Source of the DNA: the human T2T-CHM13v2.0 reference genome, Homo sapiens
NCBI RefSeq assembly: GCF_009914755.1
Contig: NC_060925.1
Length of the DNA: 64,000 nucleotides
Direction: 5' to 3' (one strand)
This document shows, piece by piece, positions 28,104-46,275 of the stretch. Positions within the stretch are counted from its first letter, which is position 1. Every line of letters begins with the position of its first letter. Made by a program: the position numbers and the translations under genes. The notes beneath the pieces are model-generated. The model was not told the DNA's origin and did no database searches. It saw nothing but the letters and a program-made list of their open reading frames with translations.

Positions 28104-30548
28104 GAAAATTGCTGGTAAAGAAAAGGAGGGGTTGCATCAGCTCTGTAAGGTTAACCCTTAGGTACCACTGTCAAATTAAATGAAAATGGCTAATAAAAAC
28201 AGTCAACAATACTAAGGAAAAAGACATTTACTGAAGTGTTAATTTCCCCTTAAATCACTGGTGTGCATCAATTTTAGAATGAAACAACAGAGAAAATGGG
28301 AAAGATTATTAATACACAGGCAATTTGCTCTATCAAAAATTACATCTCAAAAAAAGCTATTTTAGGACCATATATCAAATCCAATTGATCAAATATACAA
28401 ACAGTATATATAAAGTAAAAAAAGAACCACAGCAGCATTTATCTCTTCTGCTCTTCAAATCAAACATGCTGGGCTCCGCTTTTACTTTGAAACATCGTTA
28501 CCTAAATTCTTATATGCTTTAATCAGGCCTGAGTGGCTATGAACGAATCCCAAGCAACCTTAGATTCAGAATTGCAAAATAAAGCTGTCACTTTTGATGT
28601 AACAATTTAACTGCCCATTTGTAGTTGTACTGAAATCATGCGTGCACACGCACACACAAACACACACACCTCCCTTCACTTTCTTTTCTACAAAATGAGA
28701 GAAAAAGCTCAAAGAATTCTGCAGCAGTACATTTCTGGGGTCGCAGGGAAAGGTAAAAGGCGGCAACATGGAGAAGGGAAGACAGCATTTAACAAGTCCT
28801 CCAGATTAGTATAGCCAAGTTTCTCCTTCGAGCTTCAAGACTACATTTCAGTTTCCATCTCAGACATAACCCAAAATGTAAGCTCAGGCTCCATTTAGCT
28901 CCAGCATAAAGGAAAGTGAGAAAATTATACCAAAGCAGATACTTAAGGGACAACTGCATGCTTCATTTATATTTCTCACCTTCTTGAGGTGAGATTTTAA
29001 ATGTAGACAAAAATCAACTGTTTTGGATACGTAGGCACAATGTTCTTAAGATGTCTATGGAAGAAAGCATACAAATAAAGCTATTTGTACACTGTTACTT
29101 TTAAACATTTGAGATGGCCAAGGAGCTCACTAACCGTTTGTCAGATGGGTCGCAATGTGGGTCGCGATGTTGTGATTTTAAACAGTCCCTTACCATGAGA
29201 ATCATTGTTGCAGCCCGATCCTTCCATACCTCAACCTATTTATCATGCAAAGACCATCCCCCACCTCCAACCCTTATATAAATTAAGCAAATTCAAGAAA
29301 TACAAAAACACGGGGAAAAATTTCTGAAAATACCCAACAAATTCTGCAAGCTCAATCTTGGAAATTTTCTTTCCTCCTTATGTGAGCAGATGAATGTTTT
29401 CAGTCTTGCTGCAGCATGTTAGAGATAAGTCACATGAAAATCTAGCACCCTCCCCCCATCCCAAATCCTCAGAGGCATTCCACACAAGGTCAGTATCAAC
29501 TCAGCTCCTGGTTTCTGAAAGTAGATAATAACAAAAATAGAAAACACTACAGTGTCACAGATCAGCAGTGCACACATTTGTACTGAATTCTTTCTGCTCT
29601 GCTGCTAACTGCTGTCACTGACAGTGTCTGCTCAGATCAAGTGTGCATGCAGGAAAACAGGGCTACAAGAAGCCAGTGAGCTGACTCAAAGTAGCCAAGG
29701 CAGAAAGATGGGAGAGCAAAGGAAGGAAGCTCACTTGGTGAAAATCCAAAACAGATTACAAAGGACTCAGCTCTAAACAGCAAACACAGTCTATGTTTGG
29801 GTAAAATGGAGGAAGCTTGAGGACTACAAATTTCTCTTCATAATTTGGGGTCTATGGGGGAGGAAGAGGAAGGGGAGGAAAGGATGGTGTTATCTCTAAT
29901 CATATCCTGAAGACCATTCCCAACTAAAAAAAAAATATGGAGATCTTTAGGCATTAATTCCTCTTAGTAAGAAGATCAATTAAATTTAACTTTTGATTCA
30001 TGTTTATCTAATAAAATTCTGGTCTTACAATATTCCTTTTATTAGCACAACCAAGTAGTATAACATATATTGCTAAACAGAAAACTTAAAAAGAATTAAA
30101 TGTTCAATTATATCACTTTCTATTAAAAAAATTATGACTGAAAACTTGTCCTGTATATCAGACTGAAAATCAAGTAATTTTCTTGACCTAGTTTACAGTT
30201 TCAGAGATGCTCAAATGTTATTCTGTTGTCTTGCAATGATTCTTAACCTTTATAACTATTCTTCTCATTTCAGGCAAATAAAAATATCTAAACATATCTT
30301 TGTGTGCACTTAGGATACTTGACCATATTTCTTATATTCTCCCTAATTTTGAACATGTATATTTTTCTACAGTTGATGGACACATAATCAATACAAGCAT
30401 TATTTTTAACACTAGTAATTTAAAAGCAATTCTCTTTAAGGATCTGTGCCACAATAAGAAGTAATATTTATATGCAACTTCTCAAGGAGCCCACCAATAT
30501 AGGTAGATAAGACAGATATAAGACATTATTTCAAAAATAGGTGTGTGA

Positions 30549-30927
<379 letters not shown>

Positions 30928-32393
30928 TTAGTAATCTCCAGAAAAGGGAAATGAAATGATCCTACTCATCCTCTATTTTAGACTATCTTTCAGGTTTTCA
31001 TTTTTAAGATGCTTACACATCCTGAGGAATCCACAAGTACCAAAGCTATAAAGAACAAGCCAAGAATAAACCTCCCTGGTATTCCAAAGGCTCACAGTTC
31101 TGATTCCATGGAGCGGTGAATTTGAACCATCAAGGAAAGCAAATCCCAAGCTAGGCTTTCAGAAGCCTAAGGTTCATAAATACATAAATCTAATATGAAA
31201 TGGTCAAGTTATTCACAAGGACAGTTAGGCTGAGGGACCTTGAGTCTATGCAATCCACTTCCATTTTCCTAGACTCTATGTACAGGCAGTAGGGTGTAAG
31301 CCATCTGTCTCAGTTTTTGATGCAATTCCAATATTATCAAAGACAAGATAAAATCATCTTCAAAGTCCTTCCCAGAAACACAGTTTTATGTTTTTTTTCC
31401 TAAACAGCAGCATCCACTATTTCGTAACCAGAAAACATTAAAAACTAGAAACTATTAGAAACTACAAAGTTGTGAAAACTCACAAAGCTGTATTTTCCAA
31501 TCCTGAAACTTATTTATAAAAATTCTCTTGGAGTACATTTCACCATAAAAATGGTATCATTAAGTAGCTTAACTGTCAATCTCTCTCACAAGCAAACAGA
31601 GAAAAATCTAGCTCTTCTGAGAAATAGTTTTTCTCACTCTGATCAGGTCACTTAACCTTTCAGAACCCTAGTCTTATTTTTCATATGTGGATGTTAATAT
31701 CTCTATCATCTTAGGATTTGCAAGGCAAAATATGTAAGATGTCAAGTAATTAATATTGAGCCTAAATATTAACATTACTTAGAATTTTAAACAACAGTGA
31801 AGTAGTTTTTAAATTTGTTAAAAGGAATTATGGGTTATAAAAAAGGTTAGAAAACACTGATCTAATATAGTTACAGAATAAATAATGTAAACACTAAAAT
31901 TTCTGCCCCCAAAATCTTATCTCAATATCATTCAAAATAACCTATCTACTCTCTACTTTTAGAAATTCATTATATGGTTTTGAAACCATCAGATTTGGAG
32001 AAAAATAGGTTACTAAATACTAAATACAAACTCTGTCACAAGTCACCTTACATCACTGTAGTGGTGATGTAAGCTATTTGTTCTGACCGACTCTCTCTCC
32101 TTCTAGGGTTCAGCAGTCCTTTTAGGAGATTGCTTCTCTTTCCGCCTCTTCTAATGTCTTTCTACTCATATAGTTCAAACAGAAGATGCCATCTCTCTGG
32201 GCAATGACTGTCCAGAAATTGGCTCCTGGTCGAAGCTTAGCCAAAGTACCCCACCACACAATCACAGAGATTAATTCAAGAATGAGCCTGTGACCAATGC
32301 CAAAGCAGTCAGAATCTTCATCTAGGATGCCTTTATTTGGAACTGATAAAAAGCTAGCATTCTAGGTAGCAAGCCCTGGCTCCTGTCACCTCC

Positions 32394-32744
32394 TGTCATA
32401 CTTAATTTTATGGGCTGATTTGGCTAGGCCACAGTACCCAGATATTTGGACAAACACGACCCTAGATGTTACTGTGAAGGTATTTTTTAGGTGAGATTAA
32501 CATTTAAATCGGTAGGCTTGAGTAAAGCAGATTACCCTCAATAATGTAGGTAGACCACATCCAATCACTTGATGGCATTAAGAAAAGATGAGGTCTCCCA
32601 AGGAATAAGGAATTCTATCTCAGATTGCCTTTAAACTTGAGATGCAACATAAACTCTTCACTGGGTCTCCAGCCTGCCAGCCTGTCCTAGAGATGTCGGA
32701 CTTGCCAGCTCCCACAATCTTAAAAATTTCTTAAAATAAATCTG

Positions 32745-32786
<42 letters not shown>

Positions 32787-32878
32787 CACACACATATATA
32801 TATACACATATATACACACACATATATATACATATATACATACATATATATACACATCCTATTTGTTCTCTTTCTAAC
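32394..32878. mobile_element. MLT2-type (ERVL) LTR containing (TC)n(TA)n(CA/TA)n microsatellite at 32744-32856
   Basis: gagattaacatttaaatcggtaggcttgagtaaagcagattaccctc is an MLT2 hallmark. Confidence 0.8.
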
Positions 32879-33764
32879 CCTCCTTCCCGCCCACTTATAC
32901 CTTTACTCTTCCAATTATATAGGGGTCATCAAATTCTTTTTGCCTAAACCAGCTCCAGTTAGGTAGGTCATTTCATCTTTTTTAAGCCTCCGTTTTCTTC
33001 TCTTCAAAGAGGGATAATAAAACCTGTATCTCACAACTGCATACAGGATTACATAACTTATGCCAGCATACCCAGTTTACATAGTAGATGCTAAATAAAA
33101 AGTTAAACACCAACAAACTCTTTATAAGCTCTAGTTTCTGCAGCTATAAAATGAATATCTACTTTACAAACCATATATGGGATTGCTATGAAGAGCGATA
33201 GGGAAAATACACAATAAAACCTAATATACCACTATACAACTTATCTACTTACTCAATAACACATACTGAATCCTATTACATACTTGTCACTATGCTATAC
33301 TTAGGAGGTACATAAAACCAGTGAGATAGGCACCTGTCATTAAGAAGCTCTTAATTCAGTGTATGTGAACACACACCTGGTGTGAGGGGTTGGGGATAAG
33401 AATATAAAGAGATAATTACAATGCAGTGTACTAGGTGCTACAACAGGTAAGCACTGTGGGACAGGTAAGGTGCTATTGGAACACAGAGAATGGGAACTTG
33501 ACTCTCCCTGAAGGAGGTCAGAAAAGGCCTCCTTGGTATCACTGAAGGCAGGATGATTAATTGCAAAGTGAGCTGTGCAGATAATAATGTCATATTTACA
33601 ATATAAATTACTCCAGTCTGAGAATACTGTGTGATGGAGGTGAGAGACTTCAGCTAAGCCTTGAAGGAAAGAGTAAATGTCAGGTAAGAAAATGGTATTT
33701 CTACTAGAGAGAGCTTACGTAAGAAAGCACAGAAGATGTTGGCAAAACAGCAGTAAGAAGCAGA

Positions 33765-35100
<1,336 letters not shown>

Positions 35101-35574
35101 AGGAGCACAGTTTTGTATGGGACTGAAGTAAGTTGATATCAATTCCAATTAGATTATTCAGTCTGGGATGATAAAGTTCTGGAGATTCATAGTGGTGATA
35201 ACTACACAATTACTGTGAATGTATTTAATGACATTAAGTACATTTAAAATTGACAACAAAAGAGTGAAACTCTGTCTCAAAAAAAAAAAATTACCACTTT
35301 AAAATTTTAACCACTTTAAGTGTACAATTAATGACACTGAATTGTACACTTTAAGTAGTTAAAAATTTAAAGTAGTAAATTTTATGTTATGTATATTTTA
35401 TGATAATAAAAAATTAATGAAAAAAAAGTAGAGAGATGAGAAAATTCTAGACAGACTAACTTACCTAGAATGGAAGGTTCATGTGTGGTTAAATAAAGCT
35501 GAAATGGTAAATCAGAAAAAGATTATAAAGAACTTCTGTACTAGGTAAAGACAGCCTTTTACTGTTGTTGTTGG

Positions 35575-36052
<478 letters not shown>

Positions 36053-36216
36053 TAGAAAGGCAATAAAACACCCTGACTCTGCTTATCTTAGGAACTGTCA
36101 GAAGCCTTGAGCTAGATTACAGTAATAACTATAGAAAGCTGATGAGAAAGTCTTCGTTTTTAATTTAAACAATTTGAAAGTTACATGACCTTTCATTCTA
36201 AGAATTCAGAGTTCAT

Positions 36217-36514
<298 letters not shown>

Positions 36515-36604
36515 TCAAGAATTCGTAGTTCACAAAAGCTTAGGTTAAAGTTTGAGAACAAAGACATTTATTCTTACCATAAGTTTTAAATTAAAAGTTC
36601 CTTT

Positions 36605-36903
36605 GCCAGGCACAGTGGTTCACAACTGTAATCTGAACACTTTGGGAGGCTGAAGTGGGAGGACCACTTGAGCCAAGAGTTTGAGACCATGCTGGGCAAC
36701 ATAGTGACACCCACATCTCTATAAAATTTTTTTTTTTAATTAGCTGGGCATGATGGCACATGCCTGTAGTCCCAGCTACTCAGGAGGCTAAGGTGGGAGG
36801 ACTGCTTAAGCCTGGGAGGTCAAGGCTAAAGTGACCCATGATCACGCCACTGCTCTCCAGCCTGGGCAGCAGAGCCTGACCCTATCTGAAAAATACATTA
36901 CTT

Positions 36904-36954
<51 letters not shown>
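36605..36954 (+). mobile_element. AluJ-like with (CA)n tail (36908-36954)
   Basis: Alu body; ~23 CA units. Confidence 0.87.
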
Positions 36955-36959
<5 letters not shown>

Positions 36960-37363
36960 AAAACTTGCCTTAATTATATAATCTTTATGTGATACAATTT
37001 CATTCTTTCAACAAATATTTATTAAATGTCTACTATATTCCAAACAAGATTGTAGTTGGGCCTCTATTTATAGTTTGCTGGGGAAAATTAGTAGCCATTA
37101 ATTATAAAAATTAAAGATAAATTCTGTGAAAGTATGATGGTACTATGGGAATAACTAATGTTCTTACTTAGTTCTGAGAGACTGGCTGTTTTTAATGGGT
37201 TTTATTTTTAAAAATAAGAGAATATATTTATGGGTGTAAGTAACTGAAAAGAGAGCCTAAGTAGAATCAGAAAAAATACAAACTTTGGGGTGTGGCTTAT
37301 ATGACAAAGCACACCCCCTTAGTGGCAGGTCCCAAAATCAGATGGTTCATTTTACAAAGGTGA

Positions 37364-37712
<349 letters not shown>

Positions 37713-38224
37713 CTACTTATCTGGCAGGACAAAATGAGATTAAAAGAAACTAACAGAAAAGAAATATAAAACGAAACCTTAACTTTCTGAATTACAAAAT
37801 AGGGATAATAAAGTTGATGGGCAGGATTAACTTATGTTACATCTAGAAAGACTCCAGAGCAATGCCTGGCATGTAGTTAAGTGCTAAATAAATTTCAGCT
37901 ATTATTATTATTACCATTACATTGTTTACTAGTATAAAAATACATTTACTGGCTTTTTGAAAGCTGTAATAAAGCACCTGGAGTGATGGCAATCAGGCCT
38001 CCAGTATGTCGGCAGAGACTGTGACTCTTAAATCCTCCAGGAGTTGAAATTTCTTGGTAGATGCTTTTGCTTTCCAAAGACAGACTATAATACATCTCAA
38101 TAATTATTGCTGTATTAAAAGAGGTAAGTGTCCCTTAGTAAGCTACCAGAGCCACAAAACAGTACAAGCAAATGAAATGTATAATAATTCTAACTCAGAA
38201 CAGGTACAAAGAAGCCACATAGAT

Positions 38225-38402
38225 TATGTATGTATGTATGTATGTATGTATGTATGTATGTATGTATGTATGTATGTATGTATATATTTAATAGAGACTT
38301 GCTTTGTTGCCCAGGGTGATCTCAACTCCTGGCCTCAGCAATTCTCTTGCCTTGGCCTCCCAAAGTCCTGGGATTACAGATGTGAGCCACCATGCCCAGC
38401 CT
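38225..38402 (-). mobile_element. Alu monomer with (TATG)n tail (38225-38282)
   Basis: Direct reading. Confidence 0.8.
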
Positions 38403-38650
38403 AAGTAATTTTTAAATGATCTAACAGGCACACATTAAAAAATAAAAAGAAATGAGTGAAATTTATTTTAATGTAATATTTCAAAATGTAATAAAGATGA
38501 AAAATACTAAGATATTTTACATTTTTTTTTCATTCTAAATCTTTGAAATCCAGTATATTTTATACTAACAACACATCTTAAATTGGACTAGCCATATTTC
38601 AAGTGCTCAATCACCACACAGCTAGTGGCTACTATACTGGACAGCACAGG
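38403..38650. mobile_element. MER33 (hAT-Charlie)
   Basis: End motif tttcaagtgctcaat...gtggctactatactggacagcacag. Confidence 0.75.
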
Positions 38651-40096
38651 TTCAGACTTTAGCAAGGAGGTTTTCAAGTAAGGAGAGTCTCCCAAAACAG
38701 AGGTTTTAATGATGATCTATACACTTTATGTGAAAATGAATTAGGCTGCCTCCTTACTATCAAAGAAATGCACACCGCAACCTAGAGCTTCAATTATTTA
38801 ACCAGTAATACCATTCTTAAGGCAGAGTCACAAAAGAGACCTTTTAGTGTCAGTGTCACAGATCTTTAGAGGGTCACAAACACATCAAGTTGGATCATAA
38901 GCAAAAGAGCTCCAGATTTGATAATATAAGCAATGAACTCTCCAGACATAATGGTTTCTAATGATATTTGAACTGAACTAAAACAAAAACATAGAATTTT
39001 TAAAAATTTGAACCATATGCTAGGATTTAGAAATTTTAAAAAATCGGTTCTTGAATATGACTGAAGTAGAGGTCTATATATTTAGGAACACAGAATCTGG
39101 CTACCTGGCTACATAGTTCCATTCACTCTTCAACTAGTGAAAGAAAGTTCATTCAGCTACTCCAACCAATATTTAGTGAACAGCTATTGAGTAAATCCTG
39201 TACTCTAAGTGCTGAACTCGGTGTTGGGGATGATGATGATAAATACTAACATGTATTGAGAACTTACTATGTTCCAAGCATTGCGTTAAGCATTGTACAT
39301 GGTTATTCATATTTCCATTTTACAGATAAATAAACTGAGGTACAGATAGTTAAGTATATCCAGGTCATGTCAGGCAATCTGGAAATCTGGTTAAAAAGCC
39401 CATGCTCTGAAATACTACACTATATTGCCTCATTAGAAGTAAGAGTTGGCCTGTGCCATCACACAGAGTCGAGAATCTACTGGGAGAGAAGGAAATTGAG
39501 TGCTCTCTGAGCTGAGGTAGATAATCAGGGAAAACTTCGTGGAAATGAAGACTAGTTCATTTCTTCATCTGAAAAACTGAAATAAAGTTATTACCCTTCA
39601 GGGATGTTACAAGAGCTCAGCAAGTGAACTTACATAAAGAAGGCACAGTACAATGCCTGATAACTATTATTCTAATTATCTATCCTGTTTACTGGCCCAA
39701 GACCAGGATAACAAACAGGCCTGACAGGATGTGGCTTTAACTTCCTGATGTTCTTGCTAAAAGGACAGAGACAGGAAGGAAATGGAAGCTAGTAGATGAC
39801 AAAATATTAACTCCTGCCTCAGCATAATTTACCACTACCACATTATCCAAGTGACTGAAGCACTCTCTTAGTAGTTTCATCTTTTCCACTGCCAAGAACT
39901 TCTCTAACTGAGGCATTTTACTGTCACAGCAACAGCTCTCAAGAATGGGTCCACAGATAGTTTTTAAGTGTCTGGGAACTCCTGAAATAAATACAAAATA
40001 GTATCACAGATATACATGTTCTTTTTTTCTGTGGGCAGGGTATAACAGTCTTCATCAGATTTTCAAAGGAAATCCTTGACACAAAAACAGGTCTGC

Positions 40097-41000
<904 letters not shown>

Positions 41001-41108
41001 ATGTGAAAAAAAAGAAAAACTAAGTCTGCAGAATATTTAAAAAAAAAAATCAGCCCACTAACCTTAATGTTCCTGTGAGGATTCAAAAACCTTTTATATA
41101 TAAAATCC

Positions 41109-41483
<375 letters not shown>

Positions 41484-41574
41484 TAGTTCAACATTTAACA
41501 CATGGCTTCTATTCTGCCATAAACTTTGCAGGAAGTAAGTCTTGGAAATATTCTAATATTTATAACATACTTTG

Positions 41575-42900
41575 CGTCATTCATTCAACCAACTAGCCTA
41601 TTCCTCGGTGTTAAGTAATGTGTGTGTTAATTTCTAGGCCTATCAAAATGAACAAGACATAGCTCTTGCCCTTAGGAATTAAAAATTTACCAAAAAAGCA
41701 ATATAAATTACTATAGTTAAACAGTAGAAATACTACAATAAACGAATAAAGCCTCTGGAAGAAGAGGAAAGAAAAGTAATCTGAAGATTTCATGGAAGGC
41801 TTGACAGAAGAGACAATATTTAAGACGGGTCTTGAACATGAACAAAACTTTATAAGGTAAAAGGTATGCTCCAGGCAAAGGCGAACAGTAGGATCAGAGG
41901 CATAGAAGAATAAAAGTGGTGGTATGTTGAAGTAAGAGGTAATAAACCCATCTATCATACGACTGGAGAAAGGGAACAAAGCTGAAATAGTAGATTCGAG
42001 TACTGTACTGAACACTCAGAGTACAAAGAGCAAACACACTGTATCTGTTCTCAAATAGCTTTTTAGTACCACAGGGCAGCATACTGTGAGAGGTGGCTAA
42101 GACAGAACGGTCAGAATGCCAAGAGAACACCATGAAGGAAGAGCCTTTACACCATGTTCAAAGAAGTGAACTGGATTCAGTTGGAGATGGGAAGTCACTG
42201 AGGGATCTGAGTTGTATTTTATATATCAGTTGGAAGTAGGATGGTCCAAAGGAGGAAAAGGCTCAAAGCAGAGAGCCAATGAGGAGGTTACAGCCATGAT
42301 CCAGATAAAAGACAAAGGCTAAAACTAAGAAGGAAACATAGAACAGAGAAGACAGATTTCAACAATATTGAAAAAATTATTTTCTCATCTATTATGAGCT
42401 AAACACTAGGGATACAAGCAGCCCGTGTTTAAGAAGCACATAATCTAGTGGGAGATTAAAAAACACAGAATTATAACAAAGAATGATAAGTGTTATAACA
42501 GTTGTAAATATAAAGACTACATAAAATAGGCTCTTAAATAAGACTTGAAGAGAGTATGGAGGTTGGGAGGTAAATCAAGGAAGGCTTCCTCTCCCAGAGG
42601 AAATGATGTCTAAGATGAGATTTGAAGAGTGAGAAGTTGATTAGACAAAAGAGATGGGAAGGTAAGGAATCAATTCAACAGACATTTCAAAGGTAGAAGA
42701 CTAAAGATGAGAAGAAGAAAAATCTCAGGTTTCTAGCTTGAGTGATTGGGTGAATGGTGATGTCACTGAGAAGGGAGATACAAAACAGAGGTGAGGGGAC
42801 AATTAGGGAATTCATATCCTACTAGATGTTCAGATGAAAACACTAGTAGGCAATGAAAAATACAGGTCTTGAGCTCAAGTAAGAGATTCAGATATTCGAT
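41575..42900. mobile_element. L2 fragments
   Basis: cattcattcaac end and purine-rich L2 motifs. Confidence 0.55.
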
Positions 42901-43425
42901 GAGTGTTATATTACAACTACCTGTATTGCTTTTCCTTAAGTTAAAAATATCATACTAATTTAATCTAATTGGCATAATTAAATCATTTAATTAATAGCAA
43001 ATGTTGAAGAAATCACAGAAAAAAATTTTAAAATATACCTAAAGGTATCTCGCACTTCAAGCTCCCAATGTCTTATATTTTCTACTAGAAACAATTTGGT
43101 GAACTAAAGATGAAAACAAAGACAACGAAATCTCATTTTCTGACCAATAACAAAGAACATTCTTCACCCAACTAACTCAAGTTTATATATAGCTTTCAAT
43201 ATTTCCATTGGTTTGCAATGCTCAAAACAAAATATGATTCTAAGAAATATATTCCTTTTTTCATTATGCATTTATCTATTTCCTGAATTTTACAATGAAT
43301 ATGTATTATAACTATCATTAAGAAAAAAGTATTATAAAGTACTACATTCATTATACAGTAATTACAATTTCACATCATACATGCTGCTTACTTAGAGGTT
43401 TGATCCCTGGACTAAAAAAAAAAAA

Positions 43426-43715
43426 TTTTTTTTTTTTTTTTTTGAGACAAGAGTCTCACTGTGTTGCCCAGGCTGGAGTGCAATGGCTCACTGCAACCTC
43501 TGCCTCCCAGGTTCAAGGAATTTTCCTGTGTTAGCCTCCTGAGTAGCTGGAATTACAGATGTGTGCCACCACGCCTGTCTAATTTTTGTATTTTTAGTAG
43601 AGACAACGTTTCACCATGTTGGGCAGGCTGGTCTCAAACTCCTGACCTTAAGTGATCCACCTGCCTCGGCCCCGCAAAGTACTGGGATTACAGGCATCAG
43701 CTATCGCGCCCAGCC
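43426..43715 (-). mobile_element. AluS
   Basis: TSD CCTGGACTAAAA. Confidence 0.9.
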
Positions 43716-46207
43716 CCTGGACTAAAACTAAGTATCTTCATCTCAAAACGAAAATGAAGAACTGGCTAAGATTTTGTCAGGTAACAATTTAGCAAAAGCC
43801 ACAAACGAAATCTGTTTATTTTTTCCTGTTTTGTAGTCATACTCATCACATCCTTATATATTAATAAAAAAATTAAAGGCTGAAGAATTTTAACTTTGCA
43901 TGGAAAAAACGGTTATTCACAAGAATAAAAACCAAGGTTTTTATAATGTAATACCTTGAAGACTTGGTGATAATGACCTAACACAACTATTTACAAAAGC
44001 GTATTTTAACAACTATAATTTTAGCATGGGGATGAGTCTGACTATGACACTAATGGAGTTGACAGATTATATAAGTTTGCCTACACTGTAGATCTCACCT
44101 AAAATAAAAGTCCAGGGAAAATATTTTCACAAACGTCAAATCATGTATAAATATACCGCACATTTATAAAATGTGACTATACCCTAAAAACTAACAAGGT
44201 TTTGAAATTCTCTGATTTTCCTAATAAGATAGTCACAAAATATTAGATATGTTATTTTCATGCTGTCAGCTGCCATTTACTATATAAGACTGCCACTGGT
44301 ACAACTTAACATTATAGTTACTAAAAGTTATTGAAAGATTAGTTGACCAAAATGTAACAAATAATGTTTTCAACAGTAAGAGCATTTTATCTATGATGCT
44401 CTAATTCCCATTAAAATTCATTATAGAAATATTTTATACATTAAACAAGTACACTTGAAGTCAAATCAAGCAAGTCCTAGAACATTGGTGTATGTATCCA
44501 TTTTCATAGGCTTAAGAGGCCCAGATGATAAGTATTTTCAAATCTACCTACTATAACATGTATATTACATATATAAGGAAAGCAAAAATGTTTATGGACC
44601 ATTTATGGACCACATGAAAATGAACAGTATAAACACCATTATAGGTTCAGTAATTGTTTACTACTTCTATTTTGCAACAAAGTCAAAAATTTAAAAATCC
44701 TAATGAGTGGCAGAATTGTATAACAGAAAGAATGCTGAACTTATACAACCTGGTTTTGATACCAATACTGTCTCTTAACGTGATGTGTGACTTTGGATTT
44801 GATTTTTTTTTTTCCGTGAGTAAGGACAAAATTAAACTATACAATCACCACGAAGTGTTTTTTGCCCTGGTCAGATTTCAATATTAGAAGTTTTATGTCA
44901 TAGGAAAAGGCCAATAAGCCAATCCAATCAGACTGAATTTCAGGTCTTTTCCAGGAAATGCCAGAAGAGAGGCACTCTTCACCAAATTTGAAATTATAAG
45001 TACATGTAGCTAGATGTACTATAGCCCTCTTGCCAAAATAAGGAGAAAGTCTATCTGAGAATGGAATCAACCCAGTGGAAATGGAAACAAGAAATGGAGA
45101 GCAAGAGAACTGATTATATCATCTGAGCCTCAATATCAAGGAATGCTTTAAGCCAGCCCTACCTCTGAAAGGTTTCAGTTTCACAAGTCAATAAATTTCA
45201 CTCTTAGTTTGGGTTTAGTTCTTTCTTACAACTGAAAAATTCTAACAACCAGTTTTTCTACAGAAATCTCAACATAGTCTCACAGATAAGGTTAAGATCA
45301 TTGCCAAATTATTGCCATATAAGGCAGTTAACTCATTTAATCTCCTTATATCTCAATACTGTCAGTAAAATAAAGTATATCAGCCATTATCTGCTTCAAA
45401 GTGTTGTGAGGGTTAAAAAAAGAAAAAGACTGGTGTGAATATTTAGATACAGTGCCCTGTAGACAGAAAAATTATCTCACTTTTAAAAAGTAATTTTATA
45501 GTCATTTTTACAATCAGTATTACTATAAAGTTTCCAGGGAACACGGAAATTAAGGAAGTACCAATAATATCTGCTATACTCAGATTCAAATCAAATTGTA
45601 TTTGAGTCTGTTCTACATAGTACCTATGTATAAGAAAGAAGATTCAACTTAGAATAAAGTAGTCCTGGGATCAGGTATCAGCTCTGCAGCTGACAAGCTT
45701 GTATCATTTTGGGCAAAATATCTAAGCATCTTAAGTTTCTTACCTGTAAAACAGAAACACCACCACCTATCTCAAATTACAAGGTTTGTGTGAGGGTCAA
45801 GTAACAATTATGAAAGCTCTTGGCATGGTGTCTGAATTTAACATTCCATCTATTAAATGTATTAAATGATAATGTTTTTCTAATATGTTATTCAAATATC
45901 TAAGGTTGGAGAAAAACTATTTTTCAGTCATTCTAGGATATACGTTTTTTCGCATTTTTCTCTAAATGAAATCAAACAGTACCTTATAGTTAATGGCACG
46001 TCATTGTTTATTTGGCAGTGACTTTTCAGTGGTACATAAGTAAACAGTGTATCCTGCAATTAAAGGTTGCCTCATATATGATGAAGTACACTGACTCCGT
46101 TTAAACAGAACTGTGGTACTTAACCAAATATTAGGTAGCATTTATCAAAATATACATTAGAAACAGAAAGGTGTGTGTGGGGAGGAAGTTGTATACATAT
46201 ATACATG

Positions 46208-46210
<3 letters not shown>

Positions 46211-46248
<38 letters not shown>
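46211..46248. repeat. (TG)16 microsatellite, read as (CA)n on the transcript
   Basis: Direct reading. Confidence 0.95.
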
Positions 46249-46275
46249 AGTAGGCTGTAATTTTGCTTTACATAC

